Positions 32,038 through 41,138 of a DNA stretch of 64,000 bases are shown here, piece after piece. Origin of the DNA: an uncultured Gemmatimonadales bacterium. GTDB lineage: Bacteria > Gemmatimonadota > Gemmatimonadetes > Gemmatimonadales > Gemmatimonadaceae. The notes under the pieces were generated by a model that was given only the letters and a program-made list of their open reading frames with translations, searched no databases and was not told where the DNA came from. Position numbers and translations under genes: made by a program. Each line of letters opens with the position of its first letter. Position 1 is the first letter of the stretch. Where the stretch lies: contig OY969695.1 of the NCBI GenBank assembly GCA_963701965.1, positions 2,080,001 through 2,144,000 on the forward strand, written 5' to 3'.

Positions 32038-32862
32038 TCAGGAGAACAATGGCGAGCCCTGTAGCTGCAACACGTCGCCGCCATCGAGATGAAGGACCAT
32101 CTCGATCTGTCTCTTCTCGTTCTTCTTTTTGGGCAGCTCTTGCACGTCGATGGCCGTAATACGCTGTCCGATCGCGCGCTCGAGCTCTGCCTGGACTGAG
32201 AGATCACGGTAAGCGAGCGTGCGCGCGAGCTTGTACCGGAGCACGCTCCGACTCGACTCACTCAGAGTCGCCAGATAGCGCGAGTCGGTCAGCAGCTGGC
32301 GCGACACGACACCCGTCCGATTGATCGCAACCGCGCCCGCTGGCACCGCAGGGTTTCCCGCAGGCACGGGGAAATACCCGCTGCGTAAGCCTCGTTGCAC
32401 GTCCAACAGTCGCTCGGGTGTGCGGAGCTCGTGTGGCCAGTCCTCCTGGATCTCGGCCGCCGTCAGCAACGGTGCAACGACAATCCATTGATCGGCATCC
32501 TCTCGCATCCCAGCTTGTTCAGTCGCTTCCGATTCCGACATACCGTTGCGTGTGAGGAAGCGCACCAGTCCATTGAAATCCTTCTCCATCTCGCACTCGT
32601 GGCTCAGCACCATCACCGGCCCCCAGCGAACCAAGTGAGCCGCGTGGGGGACCATGCTGGTGGTGGGCGGGGGAGACCACAACGGATACGTGGCTGCCCG
32701 GCCTAGATCCGCCTGTGCATCCAGTGGCGGTGGGACCTGCGCGACCAACGCCGAGTCGGCCTGACCTGGCACGAGGGCGCTTGTCGGACACAGGAACAGG
32801 TCGCCCTGGACCAGTACCTCGTGGCGAGGGCCGAAGTACTCGTTGAACTGCGGGACGTCCAC
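32038..32862 (-). CDS. Hypothetical protein with a PemK/MazF/CcdB-like motif pattern (candidate toxin)
   Basis: QGDLF...PVMVLSHEC...IVVAPL...AVAINRTGVV...LATLS...LRYKL. GTG 32862 sits 1 nt after the upstream stop; alternative start 32922. Confidence 0.55.
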   Translation of the reverse strand: MDVPQFNEYFGPRHEVLVQGDLFLCPTSALVPGQADSALVAQVPPPLDAQADLGRAATYPLWSPPPTTSMVPHAAHLVRWGPVMVLSHECEMEKDFNGLVRFLTRNGMSESEATEQAGMREDADQWIVVAPLLTAAEIQEDWPHELRTPERLLDVQRGLRSGYFPVPAGNPAVPAGAVAINRTGVVSRQLLTDSRYLATLSESSRSVLRYKLARTLAYRDLSVQAELERAIGQRITAIDVQELPKKKNEKRQIEMVLHLDGGDVLQLQGSPLFS

Positions 32863-32863
32863 G

Positions 32864-33748
32864 TCAGCGTCGACGGCGCCGCGAGGGACGAGGACCCTCG
32901 GATTCCTCCGGCGCGTTGTCACCCCCGCCTAACACCGCCATCCTCGACCACGTCAGGTCCCCTGGCTCCCGATCCTCCTCCGTCCCCGACGTCGTCGTCG
33001 CTCCGAGCCGCCGTCCCGTCCGACTGGCGACCGGCGATGTACTCGCACGGTCCGCGATCAACGTCCGCAGGTTGTCGAAGGGACTGGGCGAATGCCGGAC
33101 ACCACGCGACCATTCAATCGCAGTCGCTATGGCATCAATAGCCGCGCCTATCGCCCGCGTATTCCAACGCCGGGCTGACAACAAATCCAGGAGGGTCGCG
33201 CCGGCCGCAAGTGGTGTCACGAGATACACGCCCACCGGCTCTGCCGATCGGTTCGCCCATCGGGTCGCGAGGTTCGCCAAGGCTCCCAATCGCCGCTGAT
33301 ACTGCATCCTCGGCGACGCCGTATTGTCCTGCCACGCATATAGCGTCGTGCGCGCCACCCCAACGACATTCGCCAGTTGAGTCATCGTTAGTGACAAGTG
33401 CTGGCGAACGTGGTCGATGCGCGCCGATACCGACAGGTCGAACTCGACCGGCCGAGTGAGTGCCGGGAAAGTTGGGTGTGCGCTTCCGGAGTGGACAGCC
33501 GCGACGTCTAGCACAGTGATGACCGACCCGGTCGCTCCCGGTCCCCACGCCACCAATGCGTTGGGCGCATAGAGCGTCCCGCCTGTGCCAATGCTGAACA
33601 TCCCGCGAAAACTGGAACCCCACGCCAGTGCGCCTCGGATCGCCGGCGGCGTTCGAGACCCCGTCGGGACTGTCAGCGAATGTGGACCTGGGAACTCAAC
33701 GCACTCCTCAAACGCCTCACCGGTGTGGCCTACGACGATCGCGTTCAT
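32864..33748 (-). CDS. XRE-like HTH protein with long low-complexity N- and C-arms (candidate antitoxin)
   Basis: IDHVRQHLSLTMTQLANVVGVARTTLYAW HTH; ATGA overlap with the upstream gene. Confidence 0.7.
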   Translation of the reverse strand: MNAIVVGHTGEAFEECVEFPGPHSLTVPTGSRTPPAIRGALAWGSSFRGMFSIGTGGTLYAPNALVAWGPGATGSVITVLDVAAVHSGSAHPTFPALTRPVEFDLSVSARIDHVRQHLSLTMTQLANVVGVARTTLYAWQDNTASPRMQYQRRLGALANLATRWANRSAEPVGVYLVTPLAAGATLLDLLSARRWNTRAIGAAIDAIATAIEWSRGVRHSPSPFDNLRTLIADRASTSPVASRTGRRLGATTTSGTEEDREPGDLTWSRMAVLGGGDNAPEESEGPRPSRRRRR

Positions 33749-34539
33749 ACGCGCCCCGCTCCGACCGGCTCCCATAGCTCTCGCGCGTACGATGTCGTCG
33801 CTTGCTGGAATGCGCTGCTCAGTGCCTCGTGCAACTCGCCGGTCACATTGACGACCGCGTCGACGTCAAAATCGATCGATCGGTCGGTGAAATGATCGAA
33901 GTCGAGGGTGACGCTACGTGTTGTTCCGAGCAAGGGATCAAATGCCAACGTGCTCGGCTGAAGATCTGCCGGTAGGAATTGCGGTGACGGTAGCTGGTAA
34001 CAGCGCACCGCCAACGTGCCAACAGCCGTCTGCGCCAGCGATTCCGTGCGGAACCCACGCACTCCGTCGGATTGGATCGCCAGTCCGCTGAACGCGAACC
34101 CCAATAACTCTCGCGCGACGTATCGATCGAACGACTCGTCTGGCTTGACGCGGACAAGGTCGACATAGCGCAACCCGACGCGCTCCACGAGCGCACCTGC
34201 CGCGGGTTCAGCGATCGCCTGCAGCGCCAGGCGCAGGCCCTTGGCGAAGACGTCGTACGATTCGTACTGGCTCGTTGAAAGTGCGAGGGTGCTTTCTGTC
34301 AGCGTAATCCCGACGTTCTTGTCCCGATTCAGGAAATCCCATCGACTTTTGGTGCTGATCGATGGCGCATTCCCTCCGCCGACCCGAACAGTTGCGATCT
34401 CACCCTCCAGATAGCGCGGGAAACCATTCCCTTGGAACTCATGCTGGATCTTCGGAAGCTGTTTCTTGAGTGTCAGCACAGGCGTAAACGCAACCTGTGC
34501 AACAACATAGATAACTGGCGGGTGGCGAAGCCTGGTCAC
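33745..34539 (-). CDS. TIGR04255-like sporadically distributed protein
   Basis: LRHPPVIYVVAQVAF, LSTSQYESYDVF, RVGLRYVD, LDFD; family recognised from memory of the motif pattern. Confidence 0.75.
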   Translation of the reverse strand: MTRLRHPPVIYVVAQVAFTPVLTLKKQLPKIQHEFQGNGFPRYLEGEIATVRVGGGNAPSISTKSRWDFLNRDKNVGITLTESTLALSTSQYESYDVFAKGLRLALQAIAEPAAGALVERVGLRYVDLVRVKPDESFDRYVARELLGFAFSGLAIQSDGVRGFRTESLAQTAVGTLAVRCYQLPSPQFLPADLQPSTLAFDPLLGTTRSVTLDFDHFTDRSIDFDVDAVVNVTGELHEALSSAFQQATTSYARELWEPVGAGRV

Positions 34540-34642
34540 CGTATCTCTTGAAAAGTGTACGCAAAACCTAACACCAAAACCGACACTTGGACAGACGAGA
34601 AATGGGCGGCTGATGTTTCACCACGGCCTGCCCGAGCAACGT

Positions 34643-34680
34643 CGCTAGTTCTGTGCGCTGACCGCTGCGCGGACGAGCAG
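34643..34680. repeat. Direct repeat, right copy (last codons of the ECF sigma gene)
   Basis: Matches 31866-31903 at 35/38 nt and includes the TAG stop of the sigma gene. Confidence 0.9.
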
Positions 34681-35910
34681 CAGGTCCCGCTCCCGGACGT
34701 TGCGCGTCATCGACGCCGCCCGCTCGAACTCGACGCGGGCTTCCCCGTGCCGGCCGAGCTTGGCGAGGAGATCGCCGCGGACGCTCGGCAACAGGTGGTA
34801 GCTGGCCAGCGCGGGCTCGGACGTCAGCTCATCGACGATCTCGAGACCCGCCGCGGGCCCGAACGCCATGGCGATGGCGACTGCGCGGTTGAGCGCGACG
34901 ACGGGGCTGGGAAGGAGCTGCGCGAGCGCATCGTACAGCGCCGCGATCCGCTGCCAGTCGGTCTCGTCCGCCGTGCGCGCCCGCGCGTGGCACGCCGCGA
35001 TCGCCGCTTGCAATGCGTACGGTCCCAGCGCACCGCCCAGCGCTTCGGCGCGCGCCAGCGCCGCGAGACCCCGATGGATCAGCACATGGTCCCACCGCGC
35101 GCGGTTCTGGTCGAGCAGCAAGATCGGCTCTCCCGACGGCCCCACGCGCGCCTTTGACCGCGACGCCTGGATCTCCATGAGCGCGACCAGCCCGTGGACC
35201 TCCGGCTCCCGCGGCACCAGCTCGGCCAGCACGCGACCCAATCGCAGCGCGTCTTCGCACAACCCGGGCCGCATCCAATCATTGCCCGCGGTCGCCGAGT
35301 ATCCCTCGTTGAACACGAGATAAACCACTTCGAGCACCGAGGAAAGCCGCGCCGCCAACTCGGCGCCCCGCGGCACCTCGAACGGGACGCGGGCCTCGGA
35401 GAGCGTCCGCTTCGCCCGCACGATCCGCTGGGCGATGGTCGACTCCGCCACCAGAAACGCCCGCGCGATCTCGTCGGTCGTGAGACCGCCGAGCAACCGC
35501 AGCGTAAGCGCCACGCGCGCCTCCGTCGACAAGACCGGGTGGCACGCCACGAACATCAGTCGCAGCAAGTCGTCTCCCACGTGATCATCGATCGCGGCGT
35601 CGAGTGCCGGCTCCGGCGTCTCCTGCCGCGCCTCCATCTCGTGTCCCAGCTGCTCGTGCTTCCGCTCCAGCAGCTGACGGCGGCGTACCGCGTCGATCGC
35701 CCGGTGTTTGGCCGTGGCCATGAGCCAGGCGCCCGGATTATCCGGGACGCCCGTCTCCGGCCACCGCTCCAGCGCCGCCATCAGGGCGTCCTGCGCCAGA
35801 TCCTCGGCCAGCCCGACGTCGCCCACCATCCGCGCGAGCGCGGCGATGAGCTTCGCCGATTCGATCCGCCACACCGCATCGATCGCGCGGTGGGTATCGT
35901 GAGCTCCCAC
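34645..35910 (-). CDS. ECF42-type sigma factor (sigma70-ECF + DUF6596/TPR extension)
   Basis: AEDLAQDAL, GAWLMATAK, DDLLRLMFVACHP, YLVFNEGY, GPYALQAAIAACH; preceded by DGPF genes. Confidence 0.93.
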   Translation of the reverse strand: MGAHDTHRAIDAVWRIESAKLIAALARMVGDVGLAEDLAQDALMAALERWPETGVPDNPGAWLMATAKHRAIDAVRRRQLLERKHEQLGHEMEARQETPEPALDAAIDDHVGDDLLRLMFVACHPVLSTEARVALTLRLLGGLTTDEIARAFLVAESTIAQRIVRAKRTLSEARVPFEVPRGAELAARLSSVLEVVYLVFNEGYSATAGNDWMRPGLCEDALRLGRVLAELVPREPEVHGLVALMEIQASRSKARVGPSGEPILLLDQNRARWDHVLIHRGLAALARAEALGGALGPYALQAAIAACHARARTADETDWQRIAALYDALAQLLPSPVVALNRAVAIAMAFGPAAGLEIVDELTSEPALASYHLLPSVRGDLLAKLGRHGEARVEFERAASMTRNVRERDLLLVRAAVSAQN

Positions 35911-36263
35911 TATCGCTCAGGCGCGTCGTGCATCTGCCGGACTTCGCTGACGCCATCCACGCCCACGATCTTGAGAAAGCGGACGGCCTGCTCGATCGCC
36001 TCCGCTTTGGACTTCACCTCGAGGATCGCGTAGCCGGCGACCAACTCCTTCGTCTCGGCGAACGGTCCGTCACGGACCACGATCTTGCCGCCCGAAGACT
36101 CGACGCGCGCGCCCTTCGCGCTCGGCGCCAAACCATCTCCGCCGAGCAGGATGCCCTCCTGCATCATCTCCTCGATCAACCGGCCCATTTTCTCCTGCTC
36201 TTCGGGGGTCGGTCCCCGACCGTCCGGCTCGACGGTCGGTTTCCACAGCGTCATGAATCGCAT
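35910..36263 (-). CDS. YciI/DGPF family protein
   Basis: DGPFAETKELVAGY. Confidence 0.92.
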   Translation of the reverse strand: MRFMTLWKPTVEPDGRGPTPEEQEKMGRLIEEMMQEGILLGGDGLAPSAKGARVESSGGKIVVRDGPFAETKELVAGYAILEVKSKAEAIEQAVRFLKIVGVDGVSEVRQMHDAPER

Positions 36264-36275
36264 CGTTGGAACTCC

Positions 36276-36713
36276 TTATTTGTCGCGCTGCGCCTCGCGC
36301 TGCGCCGCGCCCCGCGCCCGGCGCGCCAGCACCTCCGCTTGCATCTCCGGCGTGAACTCGTCCCCGAAGTCCGCGGCCTCGGCCACCTGCCGGATCTCGA
36401 CCGTTTCACCCCCGTCGAACGGGATCCGCTTCACCCACTCGACCACCTCTTCCTTGGACTTGGTCTGCAGGATCCAGAACCCCGCCACCAGTTCTTTGGT
36501 CTCCGCGAACGGCCCGTCAACCACCGTGCGTTTGCCCTTCGAGAACGTGATCCGGGTCCCCTTGGCGCTCGACAGCAAGCCCTCACCAGCCAGCATCACG
36601 CCATTCTTGACCAGTTCCTCGTTGTACTTCCCCATCGTCTCGATCGCCTTCCCGTCCGGCATCTTGCCTGACTCGCTTTCGGCCGTCGCCTTGACGATCA
36701 CCATGAATCGCAT
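36276..36713 (-). CDS. YciI/DGPF family protein
   Basis: DGPFAETKELVAGFW; GAGGAG RBS. Confidence 0.92.
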   Translation of the reverse strand: MRFMVIVKATAESESGKMPDGKAIETMGKYNEELVKNGVMLAGEGLLSSAKGTRITFSKGKRTVVDGPFAETKELVAGFWILQTKSKEEVVEWVKRIPFDGGETVEIRQVAEAADFGDEFTPEMQAEVLARRARGAAQREAQRDK

Positions 36714-36747
36714 TGTCCTGTCTCCTCGTAGGGGGGTCTATACTCAC

Positions 36748-36774
36748 GTCGAACGAGAGGGAGCAAAATCGACA
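36748..36774 (-). promoter_or_regulatory. ECF42-type promoter TGTCGA-N17-CGAC
   Basis: Minus strand reads TGTCGAttttgctccctctcgttCGAC, about 35 nt upstream of the first DGPF gene. Confidence 0.75.
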
Positions 36775-36818
36775 TGACCCGCTTACCAGCCCAGTCCGCC
36801 GTCGATAGTATTACGTTT

Positions 36819-37496
36819 ATGCTGAAATCCGCCTCATACGCGGCCGTGCTCGCTTTGGTCGCGGCGGCCTGCAGCAGTGCAGGTATGCGGCCATCGACCC
36901 AACCCGGTCCGGCCGCGCCATCGCAAGCCGCGGGAAACCCCGCTGGCATCGCCCAGGCGAGGGCCGATAGCGCCCGCCTTCCATATACCAAGGCGGACAT
37001 CGACTTCATGTCGGGCATGATCCATCACCATGCCCAAGCCATCGTGATGGCCAAGTGGGCCCCGACGCACGGCGCGAGCCCGTCCGTGCAAACGCTCTGC
37101 GAGCGGATCATCAATGCGCAGACCAATGAAATCGCCACGATGCAAACCTGGCTGCGCGACCGCGGGCAGCCGGTCCCGGAGGCCACCGCCAGCGGCATGC
37201 CCATGATGATGAACGGGTCGATGCAGAACATGCTCATGCCCGGCATGCTCACGGCCGACCAGATGAAGGCGCTCGATGCGGCGCGAGGCGTGGACTTCGA
37301 CCAGCTGTTCCTCACCGACATGATTCAGCACCACAAAGGCGCCGTCTCGATGGTGCACGATCTGTTCGAGACCCAGGGCGCCGGCCAGGATGAGGCCGTG
37401 TTCAAATTCGCATCCAATGTGAACGTCGATCAGACCACCGAAATCGACCGCATGGAGCGGATGATCGTCGCGATCAAGCTCGGCATCACGCAGTGA
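36819..37496 (+). CDS. DUF305 ferritin-like lipoprotein (copy 2)
   Basis: AAAC lipobox; FMSGMIHHHAQA, GMPMMMNGSM, MIQHHKGA. Confidence 0.9.
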   Translation: MLKSASYAAVLALVAAACSSAGMRPSTQPGPAAPSQAAGNPAGIAQARADSARLPYTKADIDFMSGMIHHHAQAIVMAKWAPTHGASPSVQTLCERIINAQTNEIATMQTWLRDRGQPVPEATASGMPMMMNGSMQNMLMPGMLTADQMKALDAARGVDFDQLFLTDMIQHHKGAVSMVHDLFETQGAGQDEAVFKFASNVNVDQTTEIDRMERMIVAIKLGITQ

Positions 37497-37519
37497 TCAC
37501 CCCCTCGGAGAGATCCTCA

Positions 37520-39505
37520 ATGGTACCTCGCTCGTCTTTTACTCTCGCTGCCGCGCTGCTCGCCGTCGCGGGCTGTAGTCACTCCATGGCCTCCGCGGGT
37601 TCGGAGAGCCCCGCGCCGAGCAAGGGCGGCTACGATATGTCGACCAAGGCGCCGAGTCCCGATCCGCGCGTCGGGCTCAAGGCCGGCAAGTACGACGCCG
37701 CCGAAGCCAAGTGGAACCTGCACGTGGTGTCCGAAACCCGGCCGTCGACCAAGTTCGTCGACGTCACGAACTCCGACATGGCGTTCTCGGGACAGTACGT
37801 CATTCAGGGGAGCTACGCGGGCTATCAGGTGTGGGACATCAGCGACCCGAAGCAACCCACGCTCAAGACGGCGTACTACTGCCCGGCCTCGCAGAGCGAT
37901 GTCTCGGTCTACAAGAACTTGCTGTTCGTCTCCGCCGAAGCCCCGACGGCGCGCCTCGACTGCGGCAGCGAAGGCGTGAAGGACACGGTCAGCAAGGAGC
38001 GCATCCGCGGCATCCGGATCTTCGACATCACGGACATCACGGCGCCGAAGTACCTCACGAACGTGCAGACCTGCCGCGGCTCCCACACGCACACCGTGCT
38101 CGTGGATCCGAACGACAAGGAAAATATCTACGTCTATATCTCGGGCTCGGCGGGCGTCCGGTCGCCGAACGAGCTCGCGGGCTGCTCCGGCGCCCAGCCG
38201 GGCGAGGATCCGAACTCGGCGCACTTCCGCATCGAGGTGATCAAGGTGCCGCTCGCGCACCCCGAGCAGGCCGCGATCGTCTCGTCGCCACGCATCTTCA
38301 ATGACCTCGCCGCCGCGCCGACACACGGGATAACTAACGTAGACGCCGTCGCGCTCAGCGATGCCAAGGCCAAGGGCGCGTTCGTCGCCCACATCCGCGG
38401 ACAGGATTTTCAGCTCCCCGACCCGATGGCCGCGCAGCTCCTCGGCGATATCGTCAAGGCGCGCGGCGGCAGTGGGGCGCCGACGCACGCCGACAGCACC
38501 GAGCTGCACCAGAACCTCGATCCGATCGTCCGGAAGCGGTTCGGCTTGCCGGCCGTCGACCCGCCGCGCACCGGTCCCGACCAGTGCCACGACATCACCG
38601 TGTATCCGCAGATCGGACGCGCCGGCGGCGCCTGCGAGGGGTACGGGATGCTCCTCGACATTCGTGATCCGGTGCACCCGCGCCGCCTCGCCGCCGTGTC
38701 GGACTCGAACTTCTCCTACTGGCACTCGGCGACGTTCAACAACGACGGCACCAAAGTGCTGTTCTCCGACGAATGGGGCGGCGGCGGCCAGCCGAAGTGC
38801 CGCGCCACCGATCCGCACCAGTGGGGCGCGGACGCGCTCTTCACGATCCAGAACGACCAGATGGTGTTCCAGAGCTACTACAAGATGTCGGCGCCGCAGA
38901 CGAAGTATGAGAACTGCGTCGCGCACAACGGCTCGCTGATTCCGATCCCGGGCCGCGACGTCATGGTCCAGGCGTGGTATCAGGGCGGCATCTCGGTCTT
39001 TGATTGGACCGACGCCGCGCACCCGCGCGAGATCGCGTTCTTCGACCGGGGCCCGGTCGACTCGACCCGCATGGCGGGCGGTGGATCCTGGTCGGTGTAC
39101 TGGTACAATGGCGTCATGATCAGCTCCGAGATCTCGCGCGGACTCGACATCTTCGAGCTCCAGCCCAGCGGCTTCATTTCGCAAAACGAGCTGGATGCGG
39201 CGAAGACGGTGCATTTCGCCGAGCTCAACGTGCAGGACCAGCCCAAGTTCGTCTGGCCGACGACGTTCGTGTTGGCCCGCGCCTACACCGATCAGTTGGA
39301 GCGGTCGGGCGGTCTTTCGTCCGGTCGCGTCGCGGCCGTCCGGTCGGCCCTGGCCGGCGCCGAGAAGGCATCCGGCAGCGCGCGCAGCACCGCGTTGACG
39401 CAGTTGGCATCGCAGCTGGACGGCAATGCGGGCAGCTCGAAGGACGGAGGCAAAGTGCAGATGTTGTCGGCCACGGTGAAAGCCCTGGCGGCGTCGTCTA
39501 ACTAA
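37520..39505 (+). CDS. LVIVD-repeat secreted lipoprotein (copy 2)
   Basis: VAGC lipobox; same motifs as 25839-27641 plus an internal insertion. Confidence 0.8.
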   Translation: MVPRSSFTLAAALLAVAGCSHSMASAGSESPAPSKGGYDMSTKAPSPDPRVGLKAGKYDAAEAKWNLHVVSETRPSTKFVDVTNSDMAFSGQYVIQGSYAGYQVWDISDPKQPTLKTAYYCPASQSDVSVYKNLLFVSAEAPTARLDCGSEGVKDTVSKERIRGIRIFDITDITAPKYLTNVQTCRGSHTHTVLVDPNDKENIYVYISGSAGVRSPNELAGCSGAQPGEDPNSAHFRIEVIKVPLAHPEQAAIVSSPRIFNDLAAAPTHGITNVDAVALSDAKAKGAFVAHIRGQDFQLPDPMAAQLLGDIVKARGGSGAPTHADSTELHQNLDPIVRKRFGLPAVDPPRTGPDQCHDITVYPQIGRAGGACEGYGMLLDIRDPVHPRRLAAVSDSNFSYWHSATFNNDGTKVLFSDEWGGGGQPKCRATDPHQWGADALFTIQNDQMVFQSYYKMSAPQTKYENCVAHNGSLIPIPGRDVMVQAWYQGGISVFDWTDAAHPREIAFFDRGPVDSTRMAGGGSWSVYWYNGVMISSEISRGLDIFELQPSGFISQNELDAAKTVHFAELNVQDQPKFVWPTTFVLARAYTDQLERSGGLSSGRVAAVRSALAGAEKASGSARSTALTQLASQLDGNAGSSKDGGKVQMLSATVKALAASSN

Positions 39506-39520
39506 GCGCCACCCAGCAGC

Positions 39521-39561
39521 AAAAAGGGCCGCCGGCTACCCTCGGGAGCCGGCGGCCCTTT
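39521..39561. terminator. Probable bidirectional intrinsic terminator
   Basis: AAAGGGCCGCCGGCT-N9-AGCCGGCGGCCCTTT between convergent genes. Confidence 0.75.
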
Positions 39562-41129
39562 GGATTATTGCCCGGCTGTTCGCGGCCGCCGGCAGGGTCC
39601 CCAACACGTGCCCGCCCTCGCCGAGTCGGCTCGCGCAGAACGCGTCAGCGATGGCCGGCGGCGCGAACCGCACCAGCAGCGCGGCTTGCGCGGCCAGCAC
39701 GATCGCCCCCGCCAACCATCGGGCCTGGCTCTCGTCCGTCCCGGGCGCCAGCGCGCGATCGAGTTGCGCGACGAACCGGTCGAGGCGCGTATCACCGCCC
39801 CGCGCCAGCGCGAGCTCGGCGCGCAGCGCATCCGCCGTCTCTGGCGTGCGCTCGAGGGCGCGCCGGACGTCGAGGCACATGATGTTGCCCGACCCTTCCC
39901 ATATCGAGTTGACGGGCGCCTCGCGATAGAGGCGCGGCATCACGGACTCCTCGACGTAGCCGTTGCCGCCCAGCACTTCGAGCGCCTCGCCCACGACCGC
40001 GATGGCGCGCTTGGTGATCCAGTATTTCGCCGCTGGCGTAAGCAGTCGCCGGAGCGCCGTCTCGCCGGCATCGTCCGGCGCATCGAACGCCCGCGCCAGA
40101 CGCAGCGCGAGATGCGTGGCGGCCTCGGATTCGAGGGCCACATCGGCCAGCACGTTGGTCATGAGCGGCTGATCGACCAGCCGTGCGCCGAACGCCCGGC
40201 GATACCGCGCGTGGTGCAGGGCTTGGGTGACCGCTTGGCGCATGAGCGCAGTGCTGCCCAGCGCGCAGTCGAGACGCGTGTAGGTCGCCATCTCGATGAT
40301 GATCGGAATGCCGCGTCCTTCGTCGCCGACGAGCCAGGCCAGCGCGCCGTCGATCTCGACCTCGCTCGACGCATTCGACCGATTGCCGAGTTTGTCCTTG
40401 AGGCGTTGGAGGCGGAGCGCGTTGGGCGTCCCATCCGGCGTCCAGCGCGGCACGAAGAAGCACGATAGGCCTCCGGGCGCCTGCGCCAGCATCAGAAACG
40501 CATCGCACATCGGCGCCGAGAGAAACCACTTGTGCCCCGTGAGGCGATAGAGCGCGCCGTCCCGATCGGCGCGGGTCGTGTTGGCGCGCACGTCGGACCC
40601 GCCCTGCTTCTCCGTCATGCCCATGCCCATGAGAGCGCCGGTTTTTTGCGTAACGGGCGCGAACCGCGGGTCATAGCGGCGGGACAGGATGTAGGGGAGC
40701 CACTGCCCGGCGATCGCCGGGTCGTGGCGCACGGCGGGCACGGCGCCGTACGTCATGGTCAGCGGGCACTGGACGCCAGCCTCGATCTGCGACAGCAGGA
40801 CGACCGCCGCCGCGCGCGCGACGTGCGCACCGGGCCGGGGATCGCTCCACGGACTCGTGTGCAGTCCTTCGGAAACCCCCAGCGCCATCAACTGATGCCA
40901 GGCCGGGATGGAACTCCACGACTGTATCGAGGACGGGCGGGTTTCGATTGGCGAGAAATCCCCACTCGATCGTCTCAGCCGTGCCCAGCGTCCGACCCAG
41001 GTGAAAGAGACGCTCCTGGGCCCAACCGGCGCCCTCGCGCTCGACGGCTTCTTGGAGCGCGCCGTCGTCGGCGAACACGTTGTACTCGACCAGCGGTGGC
41101 GGCTGATTGAAGACCCCGTGGGTCGTCAT
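39536..41129 (-). CDS. aidB: AidB-like acyl-CoA dehydrogenase; +1 frameshift at ~40906
   Basis: THGVFNQPPPL start, VEFHP/WHQLM junction, MTEKQGGSDV, GHKWF, EAPVNSIWEGSGN. Confidence 0.88.
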
Positions 41130-41138
41130 GCCCCCAAG

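Larger units (their letters stand above)
31866..34680. mobile_element. Small integrated island bounded by direct repeats; no integrase
   Basis: Flanking 38-bp repeats (35/38 identical); the internal genes visibly use more A/T-ending codons than their neighbours. Confidence 0.65.

Noticed and set aside
32919..33113. 64-aa ORF ending in a GTGA overlap, as an alternative C-terminus of the island HTH gene
   Set aside because: Not protein-like; the main frame already stops 1 nt before an in-frame GTG of gene 3.
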